From Cuniculiplasma divulgatum (GTDB taxonomy: Archaea > Thermoplasmatota > Thermoplasmata > Thermoplasmatales > Thermoplasmataceae), in the NCBI RefSeq assembly GCF_900083515.1, contig NZ_LT671858.1:240001-272000 (forward strand): DNA of 32,000 nucleotides, written 5' to 3'. The notes under the pieces are model-generated. The model did not search any database and was not told the origin of the DNA. It saw only the letters and a program-made list of their open reading frames with translations. Below are positions 1 to 9,384 of this stretch, in pieces. A program made the translations under genes and the position numbers. The stretch's first letter is position 1. The number at the start of each line of letters is the position of its first letter.

Positions 1-710
1 GATGTATTCGTGGTCTCTTCCACATGAAGGGCTGGCTCAGGCTCCTTTGGCTGTGGTTGGGGACTCACTTTAGGTTCTTCCTTAATAGGAGTCGGTTCCT
101 GCATCCTCTGGCTCTGTGCCTCAGCAGCCTTTGGCTGTTCAACCTGCCTGGCAGTTACTGGCGGTACAGGTGCCATCTTTATACCGGAAGTTTTGGGCGC
201 TCCAGCCTTTTGTTTCATCTCTCTTTCAGCATTATCCAGATCTTCCAGAGTCACCCTTCCATTAGGTCCGGTTGGTGTTATGGTATCCAGATCTATGCCC
301 CTATCTTTCGCAATCCTCCTTATTGTAGGAGAAGCCAGTATTCTTCTATTCTGATCATCATTCATCACTTTCTTTTCACCTCCCTTCTCTTTATCTGCTT
401 CGGATACAGATATACTCTCCTGGGGTTCATTCTTAACCACAGACGCAGGTTCAGGTTTCTTTTCTTCAGTCTTTGATCCATCATCAATCTCTATGATGAC
501 TTCTCCAACTTTAACAACCTGTCCTTCCTTAAAAAGTATTCTATTAACCTTTCCTTCTACTGGACTGGGTACGTTTATATTGACCTTATCAGTCATTATT
601 TCTACCATATCCTGCTCTTTCTTTACAACGTCGCCTTCTTTGACAATCCACTTTATTATTTCCCCTTCTGTGACACCCTCTCCGATGTCCGGCAAAGTAA
701 ATTTAAACAT
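1..710 (-). CDS. Dihydrolipoamide acyltransferase (E2) of a 2-oxoacid dehydrogenase complex. Only the N-terminal part (lipoyl domain, linker, peripheral subunit-binding domain) is present and the 3' end runs off the window.
   Basis: It is absent from the ORF track because it is open at the window edge. My minus-strand translation from the ATG (complement of 708-710) gives MFKFTLPDIGEGVTEGEIIKWIVKEGDVVKKEQDMVEIMTDKVNINVPSPVEGKVNR..., a lipoyl domain with the lipoyl-lysine in MTDKV. Further on it reads ...RRILASPTIRRIAKDRGIDLDTITPTGPNGRVTLEDL, a PSBD. The start lies 5 nt after the E1beta stop. Confidence 0.9.
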   Translation of the reverse strand, partial: MFKFTLPDIGEGVTEGEIIKWIVKEGDVVKKEQDMVEIMTDKVNINVPSPVEGKVNRILFKEGQVVKVGEVIIEIDDGSKTEEKKPEPASVVKNEPQESISVSEADKEKGGEKKVMNDDQNRRILASPTIRRIAKDRGIDLDTITPTGPNGRVTLEDLDNAEREMKQKAGAPKTSGIKMAPVPPVTARQVEQPKAAEAQSQRMQEPTPIKEEPKVSPQPQPKEPEPALHVEETTNT

Positions 711-715
711 TTTTA

Positions 716-1690
716 TCACCTGTACTGCTGCATTTTATTTACAGCTTTGAGTATCCTCATCTCATTTGGCAAATAATAATCCTCTAATCTGTATGGGAAA
801 GGTGTGTCAGGACCAGTTACCCTCATTATCGGACCCAGCAGATAATCAATTGCCCTTTCTGCTATAAATGCCGATATTTCCGCTCCCATACCAAGGGTTC
901 TTGGTGCTTCGTGAACTATAATTACCCTACCAGTTTTCTTGACTGAATTTAGTATTGTTTCACCGTCATATGGAACGAGTGTCCTTAAATCAATAACATC
1001 TGCATCAAGGTTATTTTTGCTTACTGTGTTCATCACTGTAGGAACCATGGAACCATAGGTTATAAATGTAAAGTCATTCCCTTCATGCAAAAGTGATGCT
1101 TTTCCTATGGGAATCTCATATTCTTCGTCTGGAACTTCCTGTTTCTGGCTTCTATAGAGCTTTTTAGGCTCCAGGAATATAACCGGATCATTCATCCTCA
1201 GACTTTTTATCAGCAAACCCTTTGCATCATATGGATTGGATGGAGTTACAACCGTAAGGCCTGCTGTGTGAGCAAAATATGCCTCTCCACTCTGTGAATG
1301 ATAAAGACCACCTTTTATACCTCCACCATATGGTGTCCTCAGAACCATGGGAACATTATATTCACCACCACTCCTGTATCTCATTTTTGCAGCCTGATTC
1401 ACAATCTGATCAAAAGCGGTGTAAATGAAATCCTGAAACTGGATCTCTGGAACTGCTCTCAATCCAGTTAAGGACATGCCTATGGCCATTCCTACAATTC
1501 CAAGTTCAACGAGAGGCATATCAATAACCCTTTCTGCACCATATTTCTTTTGCAGTCCTTCTGTTACTCTGAATACTCCACCATCAACACCAATATCTTC
1601 TCCTAGAAGAATTATGGAAGTATCTCTTGTCATCATATAATCAAGTGTTGAATTAATGGACTGGACAAGGTTCATAGTTTTGGAACTCAT
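716..1690 (-). CDS. 2-oxoacid dehydrogenase E1 component, beta subunit
   Basis: The 324-aa ORF has E1beta/transketolase-like motifs (ILLGEDIGVDGGVFRVTEGL, PLVELGIVGMAIGM, NDPVIFLEPKKLY). Its start overlaps the E1alpha stop by 4 nt. Confidence 0.93.
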   Translation of the reverse strand: MSSKTMNLVQSINSTLDYMMTRDTSIILLGEDIGVDGGVFRVTEGLQKKYGAERVIDMPLVELGIVGMAIGMSLTGLRAVPEIQFQDFIYTAFDQIVNQAAKMRYRSGGEYNVPMVLRTPYGGGIKGGLYHSQSGEAYFAHTAGLTVVTPSNPYDAKGLLIKSLRMNDPVIFLEPKKLYRSQKQEVPDEEYEIPIGKASLLHEGNDFTFITYGSMVPTVMNTVSKNNLDADVIDLRTLVPYDGETILNSVKKTGRVIIVHEAPRTLGMGAEISAFIAERAIDYLLGPIMRVTGPDTPFPYRLEDYYLPNEMRILKAVNKMQQYR

Positions 1691-2691
1691 AGTATCTCAC
1701 CTCTTTCCTCATCAATAATCCAGTTAGAGTTCTCATAAACATCCTGGAACATTGTGTCTGGGGCGGGAGGAGCTATCTTCTCTCTCTCATCAAATATTCT
1801 ATCTATACGTTCTTTTGCGTCTGTCTTTATTTTTTCTATGGTCTGGTCATCTATATAATTAAGCATCTTTAGCTTCCTCTCTGCTATGACTATGGGATCT
1901 TTGTCCGAGCCTTCTTTTACATCATCAGCCCTGTATTTGGAAGGATCATCTGAGGTTGAATGTGGCCCCATTCTGTAACTTACTGCCTCTATAAGAACTG
2001 GTTTTCCATCAACCCTAACCCTGTCTATCTCTTCCTTTGAGACCTTATACATCTCTAGAAGATCGTTTCCATCTACCTTAACGCCTCTCATTCCGTAGGC
2101 ATCTGCTTTCTTCCATATTTCTGCTCTTGTCTGCTTCTCAACTGGAAGAGAGATTGCCCACTTATTGTTTTCACATAGGAAAACTACGGGAAGGTCAAAA
2201 TCTGCAGCTATATTGAGTGCTGCGTGAAAATCTGGTGTGGAAGTTGAACCATCACCGAATGTCGCCAGAACAATACCATCTCTTTTAAAGTACCTTATGG
2301 AATAAGCTGCTCCTACTGCTAATGGTAGATTGGTGGCTACTGGACTCTGTACAGACATGAAGTTATGATCCCTTGCCGTGTAATGGGAAGGCATTTGCCT
2401 ACCTTTCTCCTTGTCAGAAGAATTTCCCATAATCTGGTCAATAATTGTTCCAGGATCTACGCCTCTATGAAGCATAAGGGGCACATCCCTGTAATATTCA
2501 AACAGGATATCCTGATCTTCAAGGGCCATGGACAATCCAACCTGAGTTGCTTCCTGTCCCATGGTTGGCGTATAAAAACCAACTCTCCCCTGTCTCTGTG
2601 ACATTACAATTTTCTTGTCAAGGGTTCTGGATAGTACCATAGCCTTGTATGCGTTTATTATTTTTTCTTTTTCATCCATATACTTTCTCAC
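1687..2691 (-). CDS. 2-oxoacid dehydrogenase E1 component, alpha subunit (TPP-binding)
   Basis: The 334-aa ORF carries the TPP motif GDG...NN in FGDGSTSTPDFHAALNIAADFDLPVVFLCENNKWAIS, and YRMGPHSTSDDPSKYR is typical of E1alpha. It starts 2 nt after the lipA stop. Confidence 0.93.
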   Translation of the reverse strand: MRKYMDEKEKIINAYKAMVLSRTLDKKIVMSQRQGRVGFYTPTMGQEATQVGLSMALEDQDILFEYYRDVPLMLHRGVDPGTIIDQIMGNSSDKEKGRQMPSHYTARDHNFMSVQSPVATNLPLAVGAAYSIRYFKRDGIVLATFGDGSTSTPDFHAALNIAADFDLPVVFLCENNKWAISLPVEKQTRAEIWKKADAYGMRGVKVDGNDLLEMYKVSKEEIDRVRVDGKPVLIEAVSYRMGPHSTSDDPSKYRADDVKEGSDKDPIVIAERKLKMLNYIDDQTIEKIKTDAKERIDRIFDEREKIAPPAPDTMFQDVYENSNWIIDEERGEIL

Positions 2692-2693
2692 CT

Positions 2694-3554
2694 TTAATTA
2701 AGCTTGATATTTTGAGCGGCCCATGCCTCGAATGCCCTGTATGAAGTCCTTACCAGTGGTCCAGAAGCTACAAATCTGAAACCATGTTTGTATCCCATAA
2801 CCTCGAGTCTTTTGTATCTCTCAGAGGAACAGTATTCCTTCACTTCAATTTGCTTTTTTGATGGTCTTAGATACTGGCCAATGGTCAGTATATCCACTCC
2901 ATTTCGTCTAAGATCCTCCATTGCCTGCTCGACTTCATCATCAGTTTCTCCATGGCCTAGCATAATAGAAGACTTTGTAATCATATAGGGGTTTTCCTCT
3001 TTTATATACGAGAGAACAGAGAGCGACTGATCATATCCTGCCCTTGCATCCCTTATAACTGGTGTAAGTCTCCTTACAGTTTCAATGTTATGGGCCAGAA
3101 CGTCTGGTTGAGCATCAATAACTGTTCTTATTAACTTCCTCTCTCCTCGGAAATCTGGTATAAGTGCCTCAACCTTGATTCCAAGGCTCTTTACCTCCAT
3201 TATTGTTTTAGCATAATGGGCGGAGCCCTGATCTGGTAGATCATCCCTATCAACAGAGGTTATGACTGCATATTTAAGACCCATACTTTTAACTGAATCC
3301 CTAACCTTATTGGGTTCATCAGGATCAAGTTGCTCCATATTTCCGTGTGTGACAGAACAGAATCGGCATCCTCTTGAGCAGTTCTTCCCTAAAATCATGA
3401 AAGTTGCTGTGCCCGACTCCCAGCATTCTGAAACATTTGGGCATCTAGCTTCTTCACAAACAGTATGAAGAGAGTTGCCTCTGATAAGATTGTTAAGGTT
3501 ACGAAATGTATCTCCAGTGGGGAGTTTTACTTTAACGTAATCGGGCCTTTCCAT
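2694..3554 (-). CDS. lipA: Lipoyl synthase (radical SAM)
   Basis: The 286-aa ORF has both LipA cysteine motifs, CEEARCPNVSEC (CX4CX5C) and CSRGCRFC (CX3CX2C radical SAM). Confidence 0.93.
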   Translation of the reverse strand: MERPDYVKVKLPTGDTFRNLNNLIRGNSLHTVCEEARCPNVSECWESGTATFMILGKNCSRGCRFCSVTHGNMEQLDPDEPNKVRDSVKSMGLKYAVITSVDRDDLPDQGSAHYAKTIMEVKSLGIKVEALIPDFRGERKLIRTVIDAQPDVLAHNIETVRRLTPVIRDARAGYDQSLSVLSYIKEENPYMITKSSIMLGHGETDDEVEQAMEDLRRNGVDILTIGQYLRPSKKQIEVKEYCSSERYKRLEVMGYKHGFRFVASGPLVRTSYRAFEAWAAQNIKLN

Positions 3555-3734
3555 CAGGGTTATATTTTTTCGTCTTATACTAAATTATCTTTTTTTATAA
3601 AGGGGTAACATCTTTGGATAGTTATAACTCTCAAGAATTTTTTAGCAGACTTAATAAAATATTGAGAAAATCAATTTAGACATCGTGAGTTCTATTCGAA
3701 ACTTTTATTACTTTACGAAAAATCAAGGTCAAAA

Positions 3735-3809
3735 GGGGTCATAGCTTAGCATGGTTTGAGCACCCGGCTGATAACCGGGAGGTCACCGGTTCAAATCCGG
3801 TTGGCCCCA
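3735..3809 (+). tRNA. tRNA-Ile (anticodon GAU)
   Basis: I hand-folded a 75-nt cloverleaf. The acceptor is GGGGTCA/TGGCCCC with one T-G pair, the anticodon stem is CCCGG/CCGGG, the loop is CTGATAA, and the T arm is ACCGG-TTCAAAT-CCGGT. The discriminator is A and no CCA is encoded. An A/T-rich TATA-like box (TTTTATTA) lies about 25-30 nt upstream. Confidence 0.9.
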
Positions 3810-4107
3810 TCAGCTCAATGGGGATATAGATAAGACCGGACAAAGTGTGATTTTTCCTCTCAATATTCGACGACTTTTGTCTTGAAATATTTTAGAGTTC
3901 TGGTTATCAAGGAATTAACAAATTTAAATGTCCGTCCACCACAAGATTACAAAAATATTTGGTGTTCTTAGTAACACAAACTAAGTAATAATATTGATAA
4001 TATCATAGTTTAATCGTGATAGCTTTAGTTTAGATATCACAGGTTATTGGAAAATCATATGCAAAAATTTTATAAGTTAATATGAATAAATTAAAAGGCA
4101 CAAAATC

Positions 4108-4662
4108 ATGAAAAGAAGAAAAATACTTTTAATCTTCCTTGTTCCGATGATTTTGATAATTCCAAAAGTTGTATATGAAGATTACACTGTTCCTCATTCT
4201 AATTCTGTAATGCCCCTAAAAAAAGCTTATGGTTTTATAAACACAAATACTGACTCTACAAACACAACATTTAATCTAACCTCTTTAGGAAGCAGAGAAT
4301 CTATTATTGTTGGCGTGGACACATCTAAACTAGCCACTCCCTTTATTTTCTTTGGGTTACTTATTTTTTCAGTAAAGGACTATGAAAAAATAAACACCCC
4401 TCTAACAGGAATGACTTATCAGATAGACAAGGTAAGAGTAAGATATAACGAATCTTCTACTCAGGAATTGCCTGTTCCAACCCAAATTATATATTTAACT
4501 ACTGGAATCGAAAATGTATATTTATGCGAATATGGGTTTTCTGGAAATTTTACATTGACATACTTCATCAATATCACTCCAATAGGTATTAATGGTCCAT
4601 TTCATTTTAATGGAAAAGAGGTAACTGAGAAGGTAAATATAGATGTCAAAATAATTAATTAA
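4108..4662 (+). CDS. Hypothetical secreted or membrane-anchored protein (orphan)
   Basis: The 184-aa ORF has an N-terminal basic plus hydrophobic signal/anchor (MKRRKILLIFLVPMILIIP) and several N-x-S/T sequons. The gene is AT-rich and I recognise no family. Confidence 0.55.
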   Translation: MKRRKILLIFLVPMILIIPKVVYEDYTVPHSNSVMPLKKAYGFINTNTDSTNTTFNLTSLGSRESIIVGVDTSKLATPFIFFGLLIFSVKDYEKINTPLTGMTYQIDKVRVRYNESSTQELPVPTQIIYLTTGIENVYLCEYGFSGNFTLTYFINITPIGINGPFHFNGKEVTEKVNIDVKIIN

Positions 4663-4920
4663 TGCATGAATGAAAATTAGCTTTAATTTTGAGGTTCGGA
4701 ACATTATCCATGTACACAATAGATTATGGTCTTCTGGATAAAGATAAACAGTTCAGGGAAAAAGACAGCAGTTAATGAAGTTGATCAGTGAATTCGACTT
4801 AGATTCAAACTCAAGGGAGTGCAAAAAAGCATAGGTTGAATATGAAAGAAGAGCACAGATCCTTTGAAATTCTAAAATATGTTAAACGGGGAGTGATGGA
4901 GGTTATGGGTGTTTAAAAAA

Positions 4921-6687
4921 CTACATATTCGAATCTTTAGAGAATACATACTCGATAAAGCTTGCTATAAAAGCAGTTTCATCAACAGTATCCTCCAAAC
5001 CAGAACCCAGATGACCTCCCTCTCCAATCATAAGATACGCTTCATTGCCATATGAAATAAGTTTATCATAGAATTTTAGGGCATGTGCAGGATGTACCCG
5101 ATCATCTGACATTCTTGAATAAGTCAACGATGGGGGATACTTTCCAGGTTTTAGCTGTTCATAAGATGAGTATTTTTTCAGAAATATGGCATCATTTTCA
5201 TCGTCAGGGTTTCCATATTCACTGACCCAGTACTGTCCTGCCAGTAACCTGTGAAACCTCATCAAATCTATTACGGGATTTCCAATAACTGCCCCCTCAA
5301 TATATTCAGGAATCTGTGTGAGGGTATATGATGAGAGTAATCCACCATTGCTAACTCCATAGCAGATTACACGTTTTCCTTCCTTTTTTAATTTCTTTAT
5401 TACTGCCTGAAAGGATTCATATACATTTATCTTATTTTCTCTCATACCCAATTTGTGCCATTCCTCTCCATACTCTCCACCTCCAGGCAGGTTGCATATT
5501 ACCACATTTACACCATTGTTAAGCAAATAGGCGAATAGATTGTTATATGATGGCAGTAATGAGATATTGAATCCCCCATAACCATAAACAAGAGTGTTTC
5601 TAGTTTCCCTATTCGCCTGAAGGAAGAAATAATGAACATTCTTCCCATTAACATTGACCCAGTCTTCAGAGGCATTAAATTTTGATACTTCATTTTTTTC
5701 AATCTGTTCTATTTGCCCTTCACTGTAGGAATAGATATTAAATGTTGTACCAAAGTCTCCCATCACAAGATTTGCCCTTTTTTTATCAGAAGCCATGGCA
5801 ATCAATCCCTTGTATGTGGCAAAAGGAAACTCTTTTATTTTTTTGCAATCAGAACTGTAAAGAACCGGTATCGATTTCGCATCTCTCATGTGAACCGCAA
5901 GAAAACCTTCTTTCACTCTTACAGCATCCTCAGCAGGCTCATCCAGTGGATATTCCTTTTCCCCAACAGTAAGGATTCCATTACCTTCAAATCTCAGAGT
6001 ATATAAAATTTCATTCTCATAATCCAGAATTTTCACCTGACTTTTGTATTTCTTAAATAATTTCCATGTGGTAGGATTGCCTATTTCGCCAATATAGAGT
6101 TCAGTAGATATATTATTTCCAGCGTGAATTATAATCTTATCACCATAGGCCTCTCCACTAAGTCCCATCCCCGAAGCAATATTCTTCCCAAATAGGTATT
6201 TATCTTCAAGATAGATCCCATTGGATGAACCTGAAGTACTTGAAATATTTTCATCCCTCTTTTCCCTAATGAGATAAAATCTGTCATAAAAATATATTAT
6301 ATCGTGAACAAACCCCTTCTCAGTATATATCTGTTTATCCTTCGAAAAGACTCTGAGAATTCCCTCATCGGAACCTGAGGTTTCAAAGAGTGCAATTCTA
6401 TCACCTTCCTTTTCAGGTTTTATCCATACAATAATACCTGAGGTCGAATATATCTCTTTTCCATTTACAATAAGGTTGTTTTTACCATTTTCAACGGTTA
6501 CGAAGCACTGAGCAGTTCCTGTAAGTTCGACAGATTTAACTTTTTTCTGATAAACATAGGGCTTAATATCAGGTCTTATTTTTTCAAATATGGCATTGAA
6601 CTTTTGTTTGAAAATATACGTTTGTTTTCTGGCATAATCCTTTACCTCCTCATCCATTACTTCAAAATTCAGTTCAGTCATGGGCAT
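4921..6687 (-). CDS. Prolyl oligopeptidase family serine peptidase (S9)
   Basis: The 588-aa ORF ends in an alpha/beta-hydrolase domain with the nucleophile elbow GVSNGG, then SDDRVHP (Asp) and GEGGHLG (His). GGGEYGEEWH is typical of S9A enzymes. The N-terminal ~380 aa looks like a beta-propeller. Confidence 0.85.
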   Translation of the reverse strand: MPMTELNFEVMDEEVKDYARKQTYIFKQKFNAIFEKIRPDIKPYVYQKKVKSVELTGTAQCFVTVENGKNNLIVNGKEIYSTSGIIVWIKPEKEGDRIALFETSGSDEGILRVFSKDKQIYTEKGFVHDIIYFYDRFYLIREKRDENISSTSGSSNGIYLEDKYLFGKNIASGMGLSGEAYGDKIIIHAGNNISTELYIGEIGNPTTWKLFKKYKSQVKILDYENEILYTLRFEGNGILTVGEKEYPLDEPAEDAVRVKEGFLAVHMRDAKSIPVLYSSDCKKIKEFPFATYKGLIAMASDKKRANLVMGDFGTTFNIYSYSEGQIEQIEKNEVSKFNASEDWVNVNGKNVHYFFLQANRETRNTLVYGYGGFNISLLPSYNNLFAYLLNNGVNVVICNLPGGGEYGEEWHKLGMRENKINVYESFQAVIKKLKKEGKRVICYGVSNGGLLSSYTLTQIPEYIEGAVIGNPVIDLMRFHRLLAGQYWVSEYGNPDDENDAIFLKKYSSYEQLKPGKYPPSLTYSRMSDDRVHPAHALKFYDKLISYGNEAYLMIGEGGHLGSGLEDTVDETAFIASFIEYVFSKDSNM

Positions 6688-6762
6688 TCATAAGGAAATC
6701 CAATATTTATATCATGGTAATTAGGTAAACAGATCTGGAAAAAATATCATTGAAACATATTT

Positions 6763-7197
6763 TTAGTGGTAAAATCTAAGTTTGTACACAATATATATCT
6801 GGGGTATAAGGAAAATAATTGAACCAGTTAAAAGAGGAAATCTGAACCCCAAAATAAAAAAACACGACATCTCTATTATCAACCCATATGTATCATGTGT
6901 TCTACCATGCTTGAACCTGCTAATCCATTCTTCCCTGCTGACTGGTGATTCCCATTCATCATTGAAGAGATGTGATACATAATCCACCAGAACACCGAAT
7001 GCAGTAAAAGCACCTATTTCAGAAATGATAAAATAAAAGAGGAAGAGTCTCGAATATAGAATTGCAATATCAAACAGAGAAAACGAAATAACAGCAAGGT
7101 ATGTCGCAGAAGTTTTACCTCTCACAAAAAGGCCTTCCCATTTCTTAAAGCTAATACTTTCAGTATCCATAGTTAACAGATCGAATTTACATAACAT
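6763..7197 (-). CDS. Hypothetical integral membrane protein
   Basis: The 144-aa ORF has about 3-4 hydrophobic helices and no recognised family. Confidence 0.5.
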   Translation of the reverse strand: MLCKFDLLTMDTESISFKKWEGLFVRGKTSATYLAVISFSLFDIAILYSRLFLFYFIISEIGAFTAFGVLVDYVSHLFNDEWESPVSREEWISRFKHGRTHDTYGLIIEMSCFFILGFRFPLLTGSIIFLIPQIYIVYKLRFYH

Positions 7198-7276
7198 TAT
7201 CTTTAATTATATTTATTATTTGTTAAAATCTGCTTAATATGACATAGCTTTTATAGGATGTTTTAATTTAAAGTCC

Positions 7277-7669
7277 ATGGAAATATTCAAAAAAGAGAGA
7301 GTACTGGAAACAACAAAAAGTCTTGATGATATCATAAAATCATTTACAAATTATCTAATCAATAACGGCTGGAAAGTGCAGAGTAATGTGCAACAGGACA
7401 AGGCAATTCTTCAGGCCCAGAAATTCGGAATACTGAGAGGGCTAATTGCAGCCGACAGAGCACTGACTTTTGTATTCACTGCCGAATCAGGTGGCCAGGT
7501 CAAGGTTGATGTCGGTGTAGGCAGGCTACTGGGTGATATTACAATAACTGCTATTGAAGTACTTCTTCTATCAGAAATATTTATTGTTATCGACATTCCT
7601 GAAATAGCATGGTCAGATCATGTTGAAAAGGAATTGTTGAACGAGCTGCAAACAATAGCCTCACAGTAA
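7277..7669 (+). CDS. Hypothetical protein
   Basis: The 130-aa ORF sits in its own intergenic context. It has a hydrophobic C-terminal segment (ITITAIEVLLLSEIFIVIDI) and no recognised family. Confidence 0.5.
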   Translation: MEIFKKERVLETTKSLDDIIKSFTNYLINNGWKVQSNVQQDKAILQAQKFGILRGLIAADRALTFVFTAESGGQVKVDVGVGRLLGDITITAIEVLLLSEIFIVIDIPEIAWSDHVEKELLNELQTIASQ

Positions 7670-7790
7670 ATATAAAATTTTTATTATTCAATCTAAATGT
7701 AATATTTGCAATTAAACAGAATGAAATTTTTATATTCATTTCATTTGTTCTATTATAGAACTTTTATTTCTTTGTTCTCAATTCCCTAAA

Positions 7791-8246
7791 ATGGAATATG
7801 CCAATTATGTCTCATTTCTGGTCGAGGCTAAAACACAGGGCTACTCATCAGGAGTTACATATCTGCCTGGACCTATTACTGGCACAAAGGAGTTCACATA
7901 TGAAAAAGGGAGAATGAAATATATGGATATATATTCTGGTTCACTTTATTTTCTTGGTCAGGAGCTTATCATGGAAGGTAACGCTCCCCAGTGGGGAATG
8001 GTATACTCAGGTGGCATTATGGACGATAACTACGGAACAAAAGAGGTTTACGACTTCCTGAGAGATGCGCTTAAAAGAGTTCCTCAGGACCTTCCATTAA
8101 GAGGCAAGGAATTCTTTTCAAACAGCAAGTTTGTATACAAGAACCTCACTGAAGGTGACCTTGGGCATTTCCTTGGTTATGAAACTATTGAGCACGAAGA
8201 AAATCTGATATATGAATTACATTATTCTGGAGGCTTTATTGAATAG
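7791..8246 (+). CDS. DUF5680-like protein (stand-alone)
   Basis: The 151-aa ORF shows the pattern FL.EAK..GY..G...G.KEF.YE.G...Y.D.Y.G...F.G.E......P.WGM.Y.GG......FL..AL..VP.D.PLRG...F....F.Y.....G....F.G.E.I......IY.L.Y.GGFI. This matches my memory of the DUF5680 family, which in bacteria is often fused to XRE HTH domains. Confidence 0.65.
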   Translation: MEYANYVSFLVEAKTQGYSSGVTYLPGPITGTKEFTYEKGRMKYMDIYSGSLYFLGQELIMEGNAPQWGMVYSGGIMDDNYGTKEVYDFLRDALKRVPQDLPLRGKEFFSNSKFVYKNLTEGDLGHFLGYETIEHEENLIYELHYSGGFIE

Positions 8247-8253
8247 ATCCTTT

Positions 8254-8700
8254 TCAGGAAGATATTATAAACTCAAGTGAGAGATTGCCCGCATAATTTT
8301 GAGCAGGCATTGTTACAACTACAGGTATGGTTTCACCTGATTTTAAGATCTGAACACTGGGTTTATCAAGTGTGGCAGAAAAGCCAGAAGTCATTGACTT
8401 AACTCCAGTGATATCAACGGTGCTGTTAATTCCATTATCATTAAACTGAATATTCATTACAATTTTCTTTCCTGTGGAAAAGGTCTCCTTTCCGTACGCA
8501 TAGGAATAGGTCTTTATTTTTTGATCTGAAAAACTTACGTTTATACTCTGTACATTAACGGTTCCGCCATTATAAAAACCAAATAAAGATAGGATTGCAA
8601 AAGTAATTATAAAAACAACTATCACAGAACCCAACATTTTCAATCCGAGTTTTCTTTTTATCCATGGTCTCTCTACTTCAAGCGGTTTCATTCCAAGCAC
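8254..8700 (-). CDS. Hypothetical membrane-anchored protein with a beta-rich extracellular domain
   Basis: The 148-aa ORF has one N-terminal TM helix (LGSVIVVFIITFAILSLFGF) followed by a beta-strand-rich domain of about 100 aa. Confidence 0.5.
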   Translation of the reverse strand: MLGMKPLEVERPWIKRKLGLKMLGSVIVVFIITFAILSLFGFYNGGTVNVQSINVSFSDQKIKTYSYAYGKETFSTGKKIVMNIQFNDNGINSTVDITGVKSMTSGFSATLDKPSVQILKSGETIPVVVTMPAQNYAGNLSLEFIISS

Positions 8701-8801
8701 AAAGAAATTTGTTCTGGCTATTTACATTTTTGCAGTCATTTTATTACATAGCCATTTACACTGTTTATAGGAATAACAGGTCTCACTGCTTTAATATTGA
8801 A

Positions 8802-9302
8802 TCATCTAAAGACATATGAAAAAAAATCCCTAGAGATTCCAGTTACTCTGGAATATGCGGTCAGTCCAAAACTTTCAATAATGTTTCCAACTTCTGTTAC
8901 AGTATTCTTCTTAACATCACTTTCTATGTTCTTCCAGTAAGTGAATAAAGAGTCTTCTTCGCTGTTGTTATGATCCTGCAACAGCCTGAAAAACATTGGA
9001 ACTCTGTTTTTCAGAATTTCAGAATTCTCTTCATTTTTCCATTTTATTATATTGGTTGCAAGAGTTTCCAGTAATTTGTGATCTGCCATTATTCTGTCGA
9101 TATTTTTTATTAGATCAGCATTCTCTCCATTGTATACCTGCTTCATTACGGGAACAAAAACTTTTTCTTCTATCTCAATGTGGCATTTCTTCAGATATTC
9201 AAAGAACAGTTGAAAATCACTCGAATCTGAATCAATCATTAAGTTGCCGCTAATGTTTCTTATGGTAGTGTGCTCGGTCATAAGAACTTCCACAACATCC
9301 AT
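8802..9302 (-). CDS. Hemerythrin-like (HHE cation-binding) domain protein
   Basis: The 166-aa helical protein has spaced His/Glu/Asp ligand motifs (MTEHTTI, CHIEIEE, MADHKLL, LQDHNNSEED). Confidence 0.65.
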   Translation of the reverse strand: MDVVEVLMTEHTTIRNISGNLMIDSDSSDFQLFFEYLKKCHIEIEEKVFVPVMKQVYNGENADLIKNIDRIMADHKLLETLATNIIKWKNEENSEILKNRVPMFFRLLQDHNNSEEDSLFTYWKNIESDVKKNTVTEVGNIIESFGLTAYSRVTGISRDFFSYVFR

Positions 9303-9384
9303 AGAAATGCATATTTTCTATCTATTCAAAGGTTTGTCAATAAACTTTACATTCCACCGTTTTTTGACAAGTTGAAATAGAAGT

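Noticed and set aside
24-750. Plus-strand ORFs 24-476 and 493-750 from the track
   Set aside because: They are low-complexity, Leu/Phe/Ser-rich shadow frames opposite the clearly recognisable minus-strand E2 lipoyl and PSBD domains.
7720-7745. Inverted repeat AATGAAAT(N10)ATTTCATT between 7277-7669 and 7791-8246
   Set aside because: It is an 8-bp all-A/T-dominated stem with a 10-nt loop, which is thermodynamically weak and expected by chance in AT-rich spacers.
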